Assembly: GCA_963789115.1 (NCBI GenBank)
Contig: CAWBJH010000001.1
Location: 969,419-1,033,418 of the forward strand
DNA from: an uncultured delta proteobacterium
GTDB lineage: Bacteria > Desulfobacterota > Binatia > Binatales > Binataceae
DNA length: 64,000 nt
Reading direction: 5' to 3'
Part shown: positions 20,600 through 33,092 of the stretch, piece by piece
How the letters are laid out: each line of letters starts with the position of its first letter
How positions within the stretch are numbered: the first letter of the stretch is position 1
The notes under the pieces: model-generated
The model's database searches: none
Told to the model about the DNA's origin: nothing
The model's input: only the letters and a program-made list of their open reading frames with translations
Program-made: the position numbers and the translations under genes

Positions 20600-20785
20600 G
20601 CCGGATGTGTTCCGTGCCGATGTATCCGAACTTTGCGCGATGGCAGGCGGCCAAGGCCGCGGTCGGCCCGAACAACCGCTTCTCGTCCTCGCTCTCGCGC
20701 CGGCTCGCGATGGAGCCCTAAATGGAACTGGCTGCCTTCCTATAGTTCTCACCCTGCGGGGGAGACTACAGAGGGATTAATGGCG
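20600..20785 (+). repeat. direct repeat copy 2 (displaced diverged copy of the dprE1-like 3' end)
   Basis: Encodes ...MYPNFARWQAAKAAVGPNNRFSSSLSRRLAMEP* in frame but detached from any gene body. Abuts the dprE2-like start. Confidence 0.8.
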
Positions 20786-21550
20786 ATGGCAGGAGACGGA
20801 CTGGCCGCCGGCGGGATGCGCGTTCTGATTCTCGGGGCGACTTCGCCGATCGCGCGGGCGCTGGCGCTATGCTTCGCGCGCGGCGGCGCGAATCTCTACC
20901 TGGCGGCGCGCGATCGGTCCGAGGCGGATCGAATCGCCGGCGACTTGCGGATACGCGCGCGATGCGATGCGCGCGCCGGCGCGTTCGAGGCCTCCGATTT
21001 CGCGGCGCATCCGGAGTTGCTGCGCCGCGCGATCGAGGAGATGGGCGGCCTCGACGGCGTCGTGCTCGCCTTCGGCACCCTCGGCGACGAGGAGACTGCG
21101 CAGCGCGAGGCCGGCGAGGCGCTGAGCACGATCGGCCAGAACTTTACCGGCGCGGTATCGATCCTCACGCATGTGAGCGAGCATCTGAGCGCTCAGGGCC
21201 GGGGATTCATCATCGTGCTCGGCTCGGTTGCCGGCGACCGCGGCCGCGCAACCAATTACGTCTACGGCTCGGCCAAGGGCGCCCTGGCACTGTTCACGCA
21301 AGGGCTGCGCGCTCGCTTGGCGGGCTCGGGCGTCCACGTGATGACCGTGAAGCTCGGACTGGTGGATACGCGCATGACATGGGGACGCGACGGGGCGCTG
21401 CCGGCGGCCTCGCCGGAAAAGGCGGCCAGGAAAATCTACGCCGCCTGGAGGCGTGGCCGCGAAGTCGTCTACGTGCCGGCCTTCTGGCGCGCGATCATGG
21501 GCGCCGTAAAGATGGTGCCCGAGCGATTCTTCAAGCGGATGAGCTTTTAG
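20780..21550 (+). CDS. short-chain dehydrogenase, DprE2-like (decaprenylphospho-2'-keto-ribose reductase family)
   Basis: LILGATSPIARALA Rossmann motif, NYVYGSAKGAL catalytic YxxxK region, C-terminal VPAFWRAIMGAVKMVPERFFKRMSF resembling the DprE2 tail. Confidence 0.8.
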   Translation: MAMAGDGLAAGGMRVLILGATSPIARALALCFARGGANLYLAARDRSEADRIAGDLRIRARCDARAGAFEASDFAAHPELLRRAIEEMGGLDGVVLAFGTLGDEETAQREAGEALSTIGQNFTGAVSILTHVSEHLSAQGRGFIIVLGSVAGDRGRATNYVYGSAKGALALFTQGLRARLAGSGVHVMTVKLGLVDTRMTWGRDGALPAASPEKAARKIYAAWRRGREVVYVPAFWRAIMGAVKMVPERFFKRMSF

Positions 21551-21705
21551 CCCCGAAAACGTAGTGCCGCAACGTCGTAGCCTAAGCGCACAGCGTGGCC
21601 GACGCGCGCCCATTCGCGCTCAACCGCCGTCGGTGCCGATGCGTCAACCGGCGATGCCGGAATCTCGATTCCGCCTTGATGCAAATCTCAACGCAGCCTC
21701 GACGG

Positions 21706-23160
21706 CTAGTGCGACGGCGGATGTCGGGCCGACCACGGCGCCGCCTGCTCGATTTGCGCGGCAAGACGCAGCAGCAAATCCTCGCGGCCATATGCCGCTA
21801 TGAATTGCACGCCTACCGGCAGGCCGTCGCGCGTCATGTGCAGCGGCAGCGAGATCGCAGGATTGCCGGCGACGTTCCATGGGATCGTGAAGGGGCTGAT
21901 GTCGGCCATCCGGCGTCCGATGTCGCTCGGGTGCTCGTTCTCCCTGAGCTTGAGGGCTCCCAACGCAGGCGCCGGAGTGGCGAGGGTCGCGGTGACGAGG
22001 ATGTCGAATCCGCCGCTCCACCATTGCGCGCTGGCGCGGGTGAACTCGTTGATCCACTCGCGGGCGAGCAGGCACTCGACGGCCGAGACTTGACGGCCGC
22101 GCTCGATGAGGAACCAGGTCCATGGATCGAAGTCGTCGGCGGCGACGGCGCGCCCGAGAATCTTCTCGAGGTCGACGGCAGTCAGCGCTTCGCTGCTGGC
22201 AATTAGCACCCCGATCGGATCGCTGATTCGGTCGTCGTCGAGGATCGCGGGATGGTTCTGCTCGACCTTGTGTCCGAGCGATTCCAGCAGCCTGGCGGCG
22301 CTGCGAACCGCGGCACCGCATTCCTGATCGATCCCCGGATGGAACGACGGCGCGCCATCCATGAATCCGATCCGAAGCGATCCGGGCGCGCAGCCGACCT
22401 CCTCGCGGAAGGGGCGGGCTGCCGCGGGAGCGGTGTAGGGATCGCCCGGCACGTAGCCCGCGACAACGTCGAGCGCCGCGGCGGCGGCGCGAACCGACCT
22501 GACCAGCGCGCCTTCCTCGCCGAGGCCCTGCCAGATATCGGCGTGCGCGGGGCCGATCGAGGTCCTCCCGCGCGAAGGCTTGAGGCCGACCAGTCCGCAG
22601 AATGAAGCGGGGATGCGAATCGAGCCGCCGGCATCGTTGCCGTGCGCGATTGCGACCATTCCCGACGCCACCGCCGCAGCGGCGCCGCCGCTCGATCCGC
22701 CGACCCCGCGCTCGAGATTCCACGGGTTGCGAGTCGCACCCCATGCGCGGGTTTCGGTCGCGATCGACGGGCCCAATTCGGGGATGGTCGTTTGTCCGAG
22801 CGTAATCAATCCGGAGGCGCGAAACTTGGCCGCGATATGGGAAGTGGATCGCGCGACGACCCCGGCCTCCTTGAACGGTTTCCATCCCCAGCTCATCGGC
22901 TCGCCCGCTACCATGTCGGAGAGATCCTTCATCAGGAAGGGAACCCCGCGAAACGCTCCGACGGGGAGCTTGCGAAGATCGGCGGCTTCGGCGCGGGCCT
23001 TGTCGAATCGCGGATAGACGACGCAGTTGATGCGCGGGTTGAGCCGTTCGATCCGTTGGATCGCGGCCTCGACCAGTTCAGTAGGTGTTGCCTTCCCAGT
23101 CGCGACAAGCTCGGCCTGGGCCGTCGCGTCCATGCGCGCGATTTCGTCGGAATTGATCAT
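21706..23160 (-). CDS. amidase (amidase-signature family)
   Basis: GGSSGGAAAAVASGMVAIAHGNDAGGSIRIPASFCGLVGLKPSRG signature. Confidence 0.85.
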   Translation of the reverse strand: MINSDEIARMDATAQAELVATGKATPTELVEAAIQRIERLNPRINCVVYPRFDKARAEAADLRKLPVGAFRGVPFLMKDLSDMVAGEPMSWGWKPFKEAGVVARSTSHIAAKFRASGLITLGQTTIPELGPSIATETRAWGATRNPWNLERGVGGSSGGAAAAVASGMVAIAHGNDAGGSIRIPASFCGLVGLKPSRGRTSIGPAHADIWQGLGEEGALVRSVRAAAAALDVVAGYVPGDPYTAPAAARPFREEVGCAPGSLRIGFMDGAPSFHPGIDQECGAAVRSAARLLESLGHKVEQNHPAILDDDRISDPIGVLIASSEALTAVDLEKILGRAVAADDFDPWTWFLIERGRQVSAVECLLAREWINEFTRASAQWWSGGFDILVTATLATPAPALGALKLRENEHPSDIGRRMADISPFTIPWNVAGNPAISLPLHMTRDGLPVGVQFIAAYGREDLLLRLAAQIEQAAPWSARHPPSH

Positions 23161-23234
23161 TTGGACTCCTTCCAGAGCCGATCTAACGAGACCTGGCAGA
23201 GGCTGCGATTAGAGGACGCTTTATTGACCGGGAT

Positions 23235-23295
23235 TTCCGTTTTGACTCTCCGATTCCAACTCGCCGTATAGAGCAAATGGCCTCGCTCGGCAAGG
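23235..23295. repeat. 61-bp conserved element, copy A (5' leader of amidase gene)
   Basis: tccgttttgactctccgattccaactcgccgtataga... shares 37 identical bp plus flanks with 62184-62244. Confidence 0.7.
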
Positions 23296-23433
23296 TACGC
23301 TCCACGCTTGAGCCTATCGGCAAGCTCGCGCTGGTACGAGTGAATCGGCTTCGAGCCGCTCGCGACCGACCATGCCGCGCTCAAGAAGGCCGTCAAGGCT
23401 GGCCGCATCAAGGCCGAGAAGCTACGAGAGGGC

Positions 23434-24243
23434 CTACCCGCGGCGCATCAGGCGGTTGATTTCAGAATTACTCAAGCTGCCCTCGTTGAACGGCTCAGAG
23501 CGGCCATCGGCGAGGAAGGCCTGGGTCATCGGGTGCATTTTGTTGATCAGGGCCTTGGCGATTCCGGAGCCCGCGCTCAACCGGCGCACGCCCAATTCCC
23601 TCAGTTTGTCCGCAGGCGGAACACCCGGCCAGGCGAGAATATTGAGCGGCAGGACCACGTCGCGGACCAGCCTCCCAATCAATTTCTCCTCGGCGGCGGC
23701 CGGCACAAAAATCGAGTTGGCGCCCGCCTCGCGATAACGACGTGCGCGGGCGACGGTCTCGTCGTAGGCCGCCGCGCCTTCCTTGAGCTTGCGCAGATAG
23801 ACATCGACTCGCGCATTGACCCAGAGATCGACGCCCACCTTCCCGGCGGCGTCCTTCATGCGCCCGATCTTCGCGGCGAGCAGGTCGGAAGAGCCCGCGC
23901 CGTCCTCAACATTGACACCCACGGCGCCCGCATCGACGACGCGCGCCGCGAACTGCCCGGCCGCGTCGGCATCGGGGGCATAGCCGGCTTCAATGTCGGC
24001 CGACACAGGAATGTTGACGACGCGCGCGATCGCGCGAACGGTCGAGAGCAGTACTTCTTGCGGCACCGCCTCGCCGTCGGGATAGCCGTGCGACCAGGCG
24101 ACTGCGGCGCTCGAGGTGGCGATCGCTTTCGCGCCTGCGTGCTCGATGATGCGCGCGCTACCGGCATCCCAGGCGTTCGGCAGGATCAAAAGGCCGTTCT
24201 GGTGAAGTGCGTGAAATGCGCGTGCGGCGCTGGAATTGCTCAT
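23434..24243 (-). CDS. PEP mutase / isocitrate lyase superfamily protein (methylisocitrate-lyase-like)
   Basis: LLILPNAWDAGSARIIE...IEAGYAPDADAAGQ motifs. Start trimmed to MSNSSAARAF. Confidence 0.75.
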   Translation of the reverse strand: MSNSSAARAFHALHQNGLLILPNAWDAGSARIIEHAGAKAIATSSAAVAWSHGYPDGEAVPQEVLLSTVRAIARVVNIPVSADIEAGYAPDADAAGQFAARVVDAGAVGVNVEDGAGSSDLLAAKIGRMKDAAGKVGVDLWVNARVDVYLRKLKEGAAAYDETVARARRYREAGANSIFVPAAAEEKLIGRLVRDVVLPLNILAWPGVPPADKLRELGVRRLSAGSGIAKALINKMHPMTQAFLADGRSEPFNEGSLSNSEINRLMRRG

Positions 24244-24781
24244 TCGGATACCTCCAAACGGAAAGCACAATGGCGCGCCTCGTGCTCCAGCAGCCAGCGC
24301 TTGCGCGACAGGCCCCGCCGCCATAGCCGGTCAATGAGCCGTCGCTGCCGATGACGCGATGGCACGGCACGACGACACCGATGGGATTGCTCCCGTTTGC
24401 AAGCCCCACGGCCCGCACGGCTTTGGGTTCGCCGATACGTTTGGCGAGCACACCATAACTGAGCGTCGTCCCGCCCGCGATGGTGCGGAGCGCATTCCAC
24501 ACCTTGGTTTGGAACGCCGTGCCGGCGAAGGCGACGGGGATCGTGTCGAGTGCGGAGATGTCGCCGTCGAAATAGCGCTCGAGCGCGGCGACGTGCCCGA
24601 AATGATCGCTGCGCGCGACGAGTTCCCGATCGCCGTACCGATGATGAAACAGCTTGCGCCAGTCTTGCGCCTGCTCTTCCCAACAGTGCATACGCAGCGC
24701 GCCCTCGCCGTCCGCAATTAGAATCGCGGTGCCGAGCGGCGTTTTCATCTTGTCGATGAAGAATTTGCGGCATTCAGGCAT
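24240..24781 (-). CDS. ogt: methylated-DNA-protein-cysteine methyltransferase (Ogt), apparent frameshift near 24310-24316
   Basis: PCHRVIGSDGSLTGYGGG active site in one frame. The conserved C-terminal GLSRKRWLLEHE helix appears in another frame immediately after. The frames join at ggcggcgggg. Confidence 0.7.
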
Positions 24782-25391
24782 TGGCGCTCCTTGCATCGGC
24801 TTGCGCCATCCACAGATGTTGCGCTGCATAGGCGCGCCACGGCCGCCAGGCTTCCGCGCGCTGTAGCAGAACTTTCGGCGAAAGCGGGATGCCATTGGCG
24901 ACGGCCGGGCTGCGCAACAGTCCGGCATCGGTGGCAGGAAATGCATCGCTGTCTCCAAGCGCGCGCAGCGCCCAATATTGCGCAGTCCAACCCCCGAAGC
25001 CCGGCAGCGCGGTGAGCCGCGCGAGGACATCATCGCGGGGACGCGCCGGCTCGAGCAGCTTCTTGTCGGCTGCGGCGGCGCGTCCGAGCGCTTGTAATGC
25101 TTGAATGCGCGTGCGGGGCATACCGAACCGGGAAAGATCCGCCGCGACGAGCTGGATGGGCGTTGGAAAAATGTGCGTTAGCTGCTCATGTCCCGTAACG
25201 TCGGGCGTCGCGCGCGAGCCCGCCAGCGCCACCAGCTTGGCGGCGAGACGGCGTGCCGCGATGACGGTGATCTGCTGACCGAGTATGGCCCGCACCGCCA
25301 TCTCGAAACCATCCCAGGCGCCGGGGGCACGCAATCCCGGTCGGCGCGCGACCAGCGGCGCGAACCGATTCGCCGCAGCATCTCGCTTCAC
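24774..25391 (-). CDS. HhH-GPD base-excision DNA glycosylase (AlkA-like, short form)
   Basis: HhH motif region LTALPGFGGWTAQYWALRALGDSDAFP with catalytic Asp context. Stop overlaps the ogt start (ATGCCTGA). Confidence 0.65.
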   Translation of the reverse strand: MKRDAAANRFAPLVARRPGLRAPGAWDGFEMAVRAILGQQITVIAARRLAAKLVALAGSRATPDVTGHEQLTHIFPTPIQLVAADLSRFGMPRTRIQALQALGRAAAADKKLLEPARPRDDVLARLTALPGFGGWTAQYWALRALGDSDAFPATDAGLLRSPAVANGIPLSPKVLLQRAEAWRPWRAYAAQHLWMAQADARSANA

Positions 25392-26749
25392 TTCACAAAC
25401 TGCGGCGATTCACCCTTCGACCAGGGATCGTAGCTCTGCGCGAACACGATCCGCTCGTTGAGCGGCGGATGGCTGTACAGCCAGAACCTGATGAAAGGGG
25501 GCGGAGCGGGATCGGCCAAGTCCACCTCGCCGAGGACCTGGAAGGCCTGCGCCGCGACTTGCGCGGAGTTCGGCACGATCGAGTGGATCGCTTCGAGGCC
25601 GTAAACGTCGGCCTGATGCTCGTAGTAGCGGCTGTAGGCGTTGCCGACCGGCGTCACCAGGAACCCGAACACGGCCGCGAAGAGCATCAGCGCCGGTAGA
25701 GAGGCCCAATCGTCGACCGACCGGATTCCCCATCGCGAACCCCATCGCGCGACCGCCCAGTCGATCCACAGGAACGCCAGATACAGGCCCGCCAGGAAAA
25801 GTGCGGAGCCGAAAACCATCCCCTTCAGGATGTGGCACAGCACGTAATGTCCCATCTCGTGACCGAAGACGAAGAGTATCTCCGGCGTGCTCATCTTCGC
25901 GATCGTGGTGTCATAGACCACCACCCGCTTGGTCGGGCCAAAGCCGGTCACGTACGCGTCGAGCGATTTCATCTTCTCGCTCGCCTTCATCTCCAACATC
26001 CGCTCGGGAGGAATCTTCAGGCCTCCGCGCGCCATCACCCTTTCCATCTCGGCAGCGAGCGCGGGCTGTTTGGCCGCAAGCGGCTCGAAATTGTTGAACA
26101 GCGGCTCGATCACGACCGGGCTCACGACCGCCATCAACACGCCCAGCGGAATCGTGGCGAGCCAGAAGTGGAACCACCATCGCCGCGGGCTGCGCCTTAT
26201 GATCCCGTACAAGATCCAGACCGAGACCGAGTAGATGACGATTGCGACGAACTGGCCTTTGATCGCGTCCCACAACCATGATGGCCAGCCCTGCACCGAC
26301 TGTTCGTACTTCACCGCGAGCCAGTGCCCGTAGGCGCCAAGCGGAAGCCGCGCGATTCCCAGCGTGACGAGCAGTAGCGACGTGAATACGACCGCCTGCA
26401 CGAATCGGAAGCGCGATGCGCGCTCCGCCAGATCGCGGAACTTCGAGCCCCATCCCAAGCCGAGCACAGCCAGCAGAACCAGCGCCTCATACGGGACGCC
26501 TGCGAAGTAGAGCCGATAGCCGGCGCGCGAGTACGCGATCGCTTTCTGGTACTTCTCCTTCGGGAGCGTGTAGCCCCTGGGCTGAGGCGCGGCCGCTGGA
26601 TTTGCGGCTCCGGCGGTTGTTGCTGTGGCTTGCGCCGATTGTCCTGGGGCGTCCGAAGCCCACCCGCGGGCGGCAACGGCGCAGATCGCGATCGCGACAG
26701 CGAGAGCCGGGAGCAAGAGCCGATTCGCGGACGGCGCTCTGAAGGTCAT
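25388..26749 (-). CDS. M48-family zinc metallopeptidase (Ste24/HtpX-like)
   Basis: HEMGHYVLCH zinc-binding HExxH motif and multiple TM helices. Start trimmed to MTFRAPSANRLLLPALAVA. Confidence 0.8.
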   Translation of the reverse strand: MTFRAPSANRLLLPALAVAIAICAVAARGWASDAPGQSAQATATTAGAANPAAAPQPRGYTLPKEKYQKAIAYSRAGYRLYFAGVPYEALVLLAVLGLGWGSKFRDLAERASRFRFVQAVVFTSLLLVTLGIARLPLGAYGHWLAVKYEQSVQGWPSWLWDAIKGQFVAIVIYSVSVWILYGIIRRSPRRWWFHFWLATIPLGVLMAVVSPVVIEPLFNNFEPLAAKQPALAAEMERVMARGGLKIPPERMLEMKASEKMKSLDAYVTGFGPTKRVVVYDTTIAKMSTPEILFVFGHEMGHYVLCHILKGMVFGSALFLAGLYLAFLWIDWAVARWGSRWGIRSVDDWASLPALMLFAAVFGFLVTPVGNAYSRYYEHQADVYGLEAIHSIVPNSAQVAAQAFQVLGEVDLADPAPPPFIRFWLYSHPPLNERIVFAQSYDPWSKGESPQFVK

Positions 26750-26892
26750 GCCGCGGCTTGCGGGGGCACCTGGACACGGACCAGTTTGCACTATACGACC
26801 TCTCGGATGGCAAAACCGATTAGCCCGGATGAGACGAAAAAGGCCCGCGGGCTACCGCCCGCGGGCCCTGAGGCTTCGTCCGCTCAATCGGC

Positions 26893-27891
<999 letters not shown>

Positions 27892-27895
27892 CTGA

Positions 27896-29800
27896 TCAAC
27901 CCTCCAGCGCGCGCGCGATAGGACCGGCGATCTCGCTGATCTTGAACGGCCGGCCCTGGATTTTGTTGCATCCGAACGCGTCGATCAGGTACTCGGCGCG
28001 CACCAACTTGACTAACTGTCCCATATTGGTTTCCGTCACCATCACCTTCTTGAACCGACGCAACACGTCGCCCAAGTCCGGCGGCAGTGGATTCAGGTAG
28101 CGAAGATGCACATGCGAGACTTTCTTACCCTTCGCGCGCACCTGCTTGACCGCCTCGCGGATCGAACCGAAAGTCGAGCCCCATCCGAGCACGACCAGGT
28201 CGCCGCCGTCGGGATCGCCGAAGACCTCGGTGGGCGGAATCTCGCGGGCGATTCCCGCAACCTTGCGAGCGCGCAGCCTCGTCATCATCTCGTTGTTAGC
28301 TGGGGAGTAGCTGACGGTGCCGGTCAGATGCTCGCTGGAAAGGCCGCCGATACGATGTTCGAGCCCGGGCGTGCCGGGAACCGCCCACGGCCGCGAAAGC
28401 GTCTCCTCATCGCGCAGGTAGGGCATGAAGCCGTTGGGGTCGGTGCGAAATTCAACCTTTATCGGCGCCAGCTTGTCGGCATCCGGCACCAGCCAGGGCT
28501 GTGCAGCGTTGGCCAGTTGGCCGTCGGTGAGCAGGATCACCGGGGTCATGTACTTGACCGCGATTCGTACCGCCTCGTAAGCGCAATCGAAGCAGTCGGC
28601 CGGCGTTGCCGCCGCGATCACCGGAAGCGGCGCCTCGCCGTGCCGGCCGTACATCGCCATCATCAGGTCTGCCTGCTCCGGCTTGGTCGGCATCCCGGTT
28701 GAAGGACCGGCGCGCTGGACATCGGTTATCACGATCGGCAACTCGACCTTGACGGCCAGCCCGATGCCCTCGGCCTTCAGGTCCAGCCCTGGACCGGAGG
28801 TGGTGGTGATGCCGATGGCACCGGCGAAGGCCGCGCCAATCGTCGAGCACACGCCCGCGATCTCGTCCTCAGCCTGGAAGGTATAGACGGGGAAATTTTT
28901 GTAGCCGGACAGTTCGTGCAGTATCTCGCTGGCAGGAGTGATCGGATAGGAGCCCAGAAAGAGCGGGCGGCCGGCCTTGGCAGCGGCAGCGACAAAGCCC
29001 AGCGCCGTCGCACTATTGCCGGTGACGTTGCGATACAAACCCGGCTTCAGATGGGCCGGCGGAACCTTGTAGGAGCTGACGAACATCTCGGCGGTTTCGC
29101 CCAGGTGGTAGCCAGCCTTGAACGCGTGAAGGTTGGCCTGAAGGAACTGCGGGGTCTTTTTGAATCGGCTTTCGATCCACGTAATCGTGCTGTCGGTAGG
29201 ACGCTGAAATAGCCACGACAGCAGCCCCAGCACGAAGAAATTGCGGCATCGAAAGACCTCGCGGTTAGAGAGGCCCGAGTCGTGCAAGGCGAGGGTCGTC
29301 AGCCGGGTCAGCTCAACGTCAAAGACCTGAAATTTGTCCAGAGAGTGGTCCGTGAGCGGGTTGGTGGTACAGCCCGCCCGCTTGAGATTGGCCTCGGTAA
29401 ACGCGTCTTTATCGATAATTATCACGCTATTTGGCGCGAGGTCCCCCAAGTTGACCATCAGCGCCGCCGGATTCATCGCGACCAGCACGTTGGGCTCGTC
29501 GCCGGGCGTGAAAATCTCGTTGCTCGAGAAGTTGATCTGGAAGCCGCTGACACCGGCCAGCGTGCCGGCCGGGGCCCGAATTTCGGCGGGATAATCGGGC
29601 AATGTTGCGATATCGTTGCCCGCAAACGCCGATTCCGTCGAAAACTGCATTCCCGTCAACTGCATCCCGTCGCCCGAGTCGCCCGCGAACCGGATTACGA
29701 TCTGGTCGCGTTGCTGCGATGGCTTGCCACTATGGTCAGCCAGATCGAGCTCTTCCTCGGAATCAACGATGGCCCCCGCCGCCTCAGATGTTACAGCCAT
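27896..29800 (-). CDS. korA: 2-oxoacid:ferredoxin oxidoreductase alpha subunit with fused N-terminal gamma-like domain
   Basis: About 630 aa. N-terminal IVIRFAGDSGDGMQLTG (gamma domain) then alpha domains I-III. Start trimmed to MAVTSEAAG (ATG 29800). Confidence 0.85.
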   Translation of the reverse strand: MAVTSEAAGAIVDSEEELDLADHSGKPSQQRDQIVIRFAGDSGDGMQLTGMQFSTESAFAGNDIATLPDYPAEIRAPAGTLAGVSGFQINFSSNEIFTPGDEPNVLVAMNPAALMVNLGDLAPNSVIIIDKDAFTEANLKRAGCTTNPLTDHSLDKFQVFDVELTRLTTLALHDSGLSNREVFRCRNFFVLGLLSWLFQRPTDSTITWIESRFKKTPQFLQANLHAFKAGYHLGETAEMFVSSYKVPPAHLKPGLYRNVTGNSATALGFVAAAAKAGRPLFLGSYPITPASEILHELSGYKNFPVYTFQAEDEIAGVCSTIGAAFAGAIGITTTSGPGLDLKAEGIGLAVKVELPIVITDVQRAGPSTGMPTKPEQADLMMAMYGRHGEAPLPVIAAATPADCFDCAYEAVRIAVKYMTPVILLTDGQLANAAQPWLVPDADKLAPIKVEFRTDPNGFMPYLRDEETLSRPWAVPGTPGLEHRIGGLSSEHLTGTVSYSPANNEMMTRLRARKVAGIAREIPPTEVFGDPDGGDLVVLGWGSTFGSIREAVKQVRAKGKKVSHVHLRYLNPLPPDLGDVLRRFKKVMVTETNMGQLVKLVRAEYLIDAFGCNKIQGRPFKISEIAGPIARALEG

Positions 29801-29946
29801 AGATGCGCTTCTCCTTAGACTTGCAAACCTCTCGGTTGATGTCTCCCGCCTTCGGAAAGAAGGCCGGATTCCGTCAAGGCCGTACTTAACTATAACTAAT
29901 GATCCAAACTCGCGAAAGAGTGCTCGCCTTACGGTTACGAAATCGA

Positions 29947-30234
29947 TTACCGGGCGCGGAAACCGCGAAACTCGCCCCTGAATTCCGACCATTGCTCGTC
30001 AACCTGCGACACTCGCGCCGCCGGGGGCCCTTGCTGCGCCCATGCGGCAAGCGCCTTCAGCGCATCGCGCCTGCCTTCGGCGACAATCTCGACTCGCCCG
30101 TCGAACAAATTGCGGGCCCATCCCGTGAGCGCCAGCGACTGGGCTACGTCGCCTGCCGAGCCGCGGAAAAATACCCCCTGTACTCGCCCGCTGATCAGCA
30201 GGCGCAGCCGCGCGTATTCGTCGGGCACTGCCAT
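29947..30234 (-). CDS. acyP: acylphosphatase
   Basis: 95 aa, VQGVFFRGSA and GWARNLFDGRVE motifs. Confidence 0.85.
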   Translation of the reverse strand: MAVPDEYARLRLLISGRVQGVFFRGSAGDVAQSLALTGWARNLFDGRVEIVAEGRRDALKALAAWAQQGPPAARVSQVDEQWSEFRGEFRGFRAR

Positions 30235-30240
30235 ACCGTG

Positions 30241-32316
<2,076 letters not shown>

Positions 32317-32444
32317 CTAAAGCGGGTTCGTCGATCGGCAAATCTCGCCGCACCCCGGCACTCTCGCGCCGGTAACTCGGACGCCAGCCACCGGGGCAGA
32401 GCCAAATGAGGTCCATCAAATCAACTCGTTGAGTGTGGTGGATT

Positions 32445-33044
32445 CTAAAAGTTGATGTACCTTTCCAAACGCAACGGCTGCACGGCTGCTTTCAGGTATA
32501 CCTCGGCAGTCAAATTGAACTGACCCCAGGCGGCGGTCTGCAGCTGGAAATTGGTCTCTCTGTTCGTGATTTCTCGGGTCGGATCTCGAAAGGTCGGATG
32601 AAGGTGGTAGGCAACCCTGCGGACAGCATCTAAGTCGGAATCGTCCTCACCTTCCAGAGAGATTCGTAGGCGGTAGTACTGGTACTCTCCTTGGTCGAGG
32701 TCTCTAGCCCGCCTGGCAGTGTGAATAAGGTAAAGACGGGAACGGTTAGATTGTAAGTTCGTCGATGCGTCCTTCGCCGTTCCTTCGGGGTATTGCTCGC
32801 TTTGCACTACGGATTCATCAACTGCAGCTGTTCCAACAAGCTCCTTGGCCACGATACGGTGGCCTTCTCCTAGCTTGACACCGCTCGTTCCTGCCTCGAA
32901 GGGGTCACCGGCTTCTACGCGCAGCCGAATGGCGTCCAAGAGCCGCCCTACCGCCCGGCGATATCGAAAAGCCACAGCAGCTATTATTAACGGCCAGGTC
33001 AACGCCTCTAGCGCGGTCTGAAATAGTGGTATCCAGTCCTTCAT
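32445..33044 (-). CDS. membrane-anchored protein with C-terminal YEATS-like domain
   Basis: N-terminal TM (IPLFQTALEALTWPLIIAAVAF). C-terminus RVAYHLHPTFRDPTREITNRETNFQLQTAAWGQFNLTAEVYLK aligns with the eukaryotic YEATS core (VVFHLHESFPRPKRV...[21 protein letters not shown]). GC about 52%. Confidence 0.5.
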   Translation of the reverse strand: MKDWIPLFQTALEALTWPLIIAAVAFRYRRAVGRLLDAIRLRVEAGDPFEAGTSGVKLGEGHRIVAKELVGTAAVDESVVQSEQYPEGTAKDASTNLQSNRSRLYLIHTARRARDLDQGEYQYYRLRISLEGEDDSDLDAVRRVAYHLHPTFRDPTREITNRETNFQLQTAAWGQFNLTAEVYLKAAVQPLRLERYINF

Positions 33045-33092
33045 TAGACACGCACTCTACCGCGTTGCTACCGCAGAAACGAGTCGTTTACC

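Noticed and set aside
19915-20785. CRISPR-like or integron attC interpretation of the repeated elements
   Set aside because: Only two or three copies exist, with irregular spacing, and no cas or intI gene is nearby. The repeats are gene 3'-end duplications rather than short palindromic spacers.
21644-22885. 413-aa minus-strand ORF overlapping the amidase
   Set aside because: Out-of-frame shadow ORF. The amidase frame carries the complete amidase signature.
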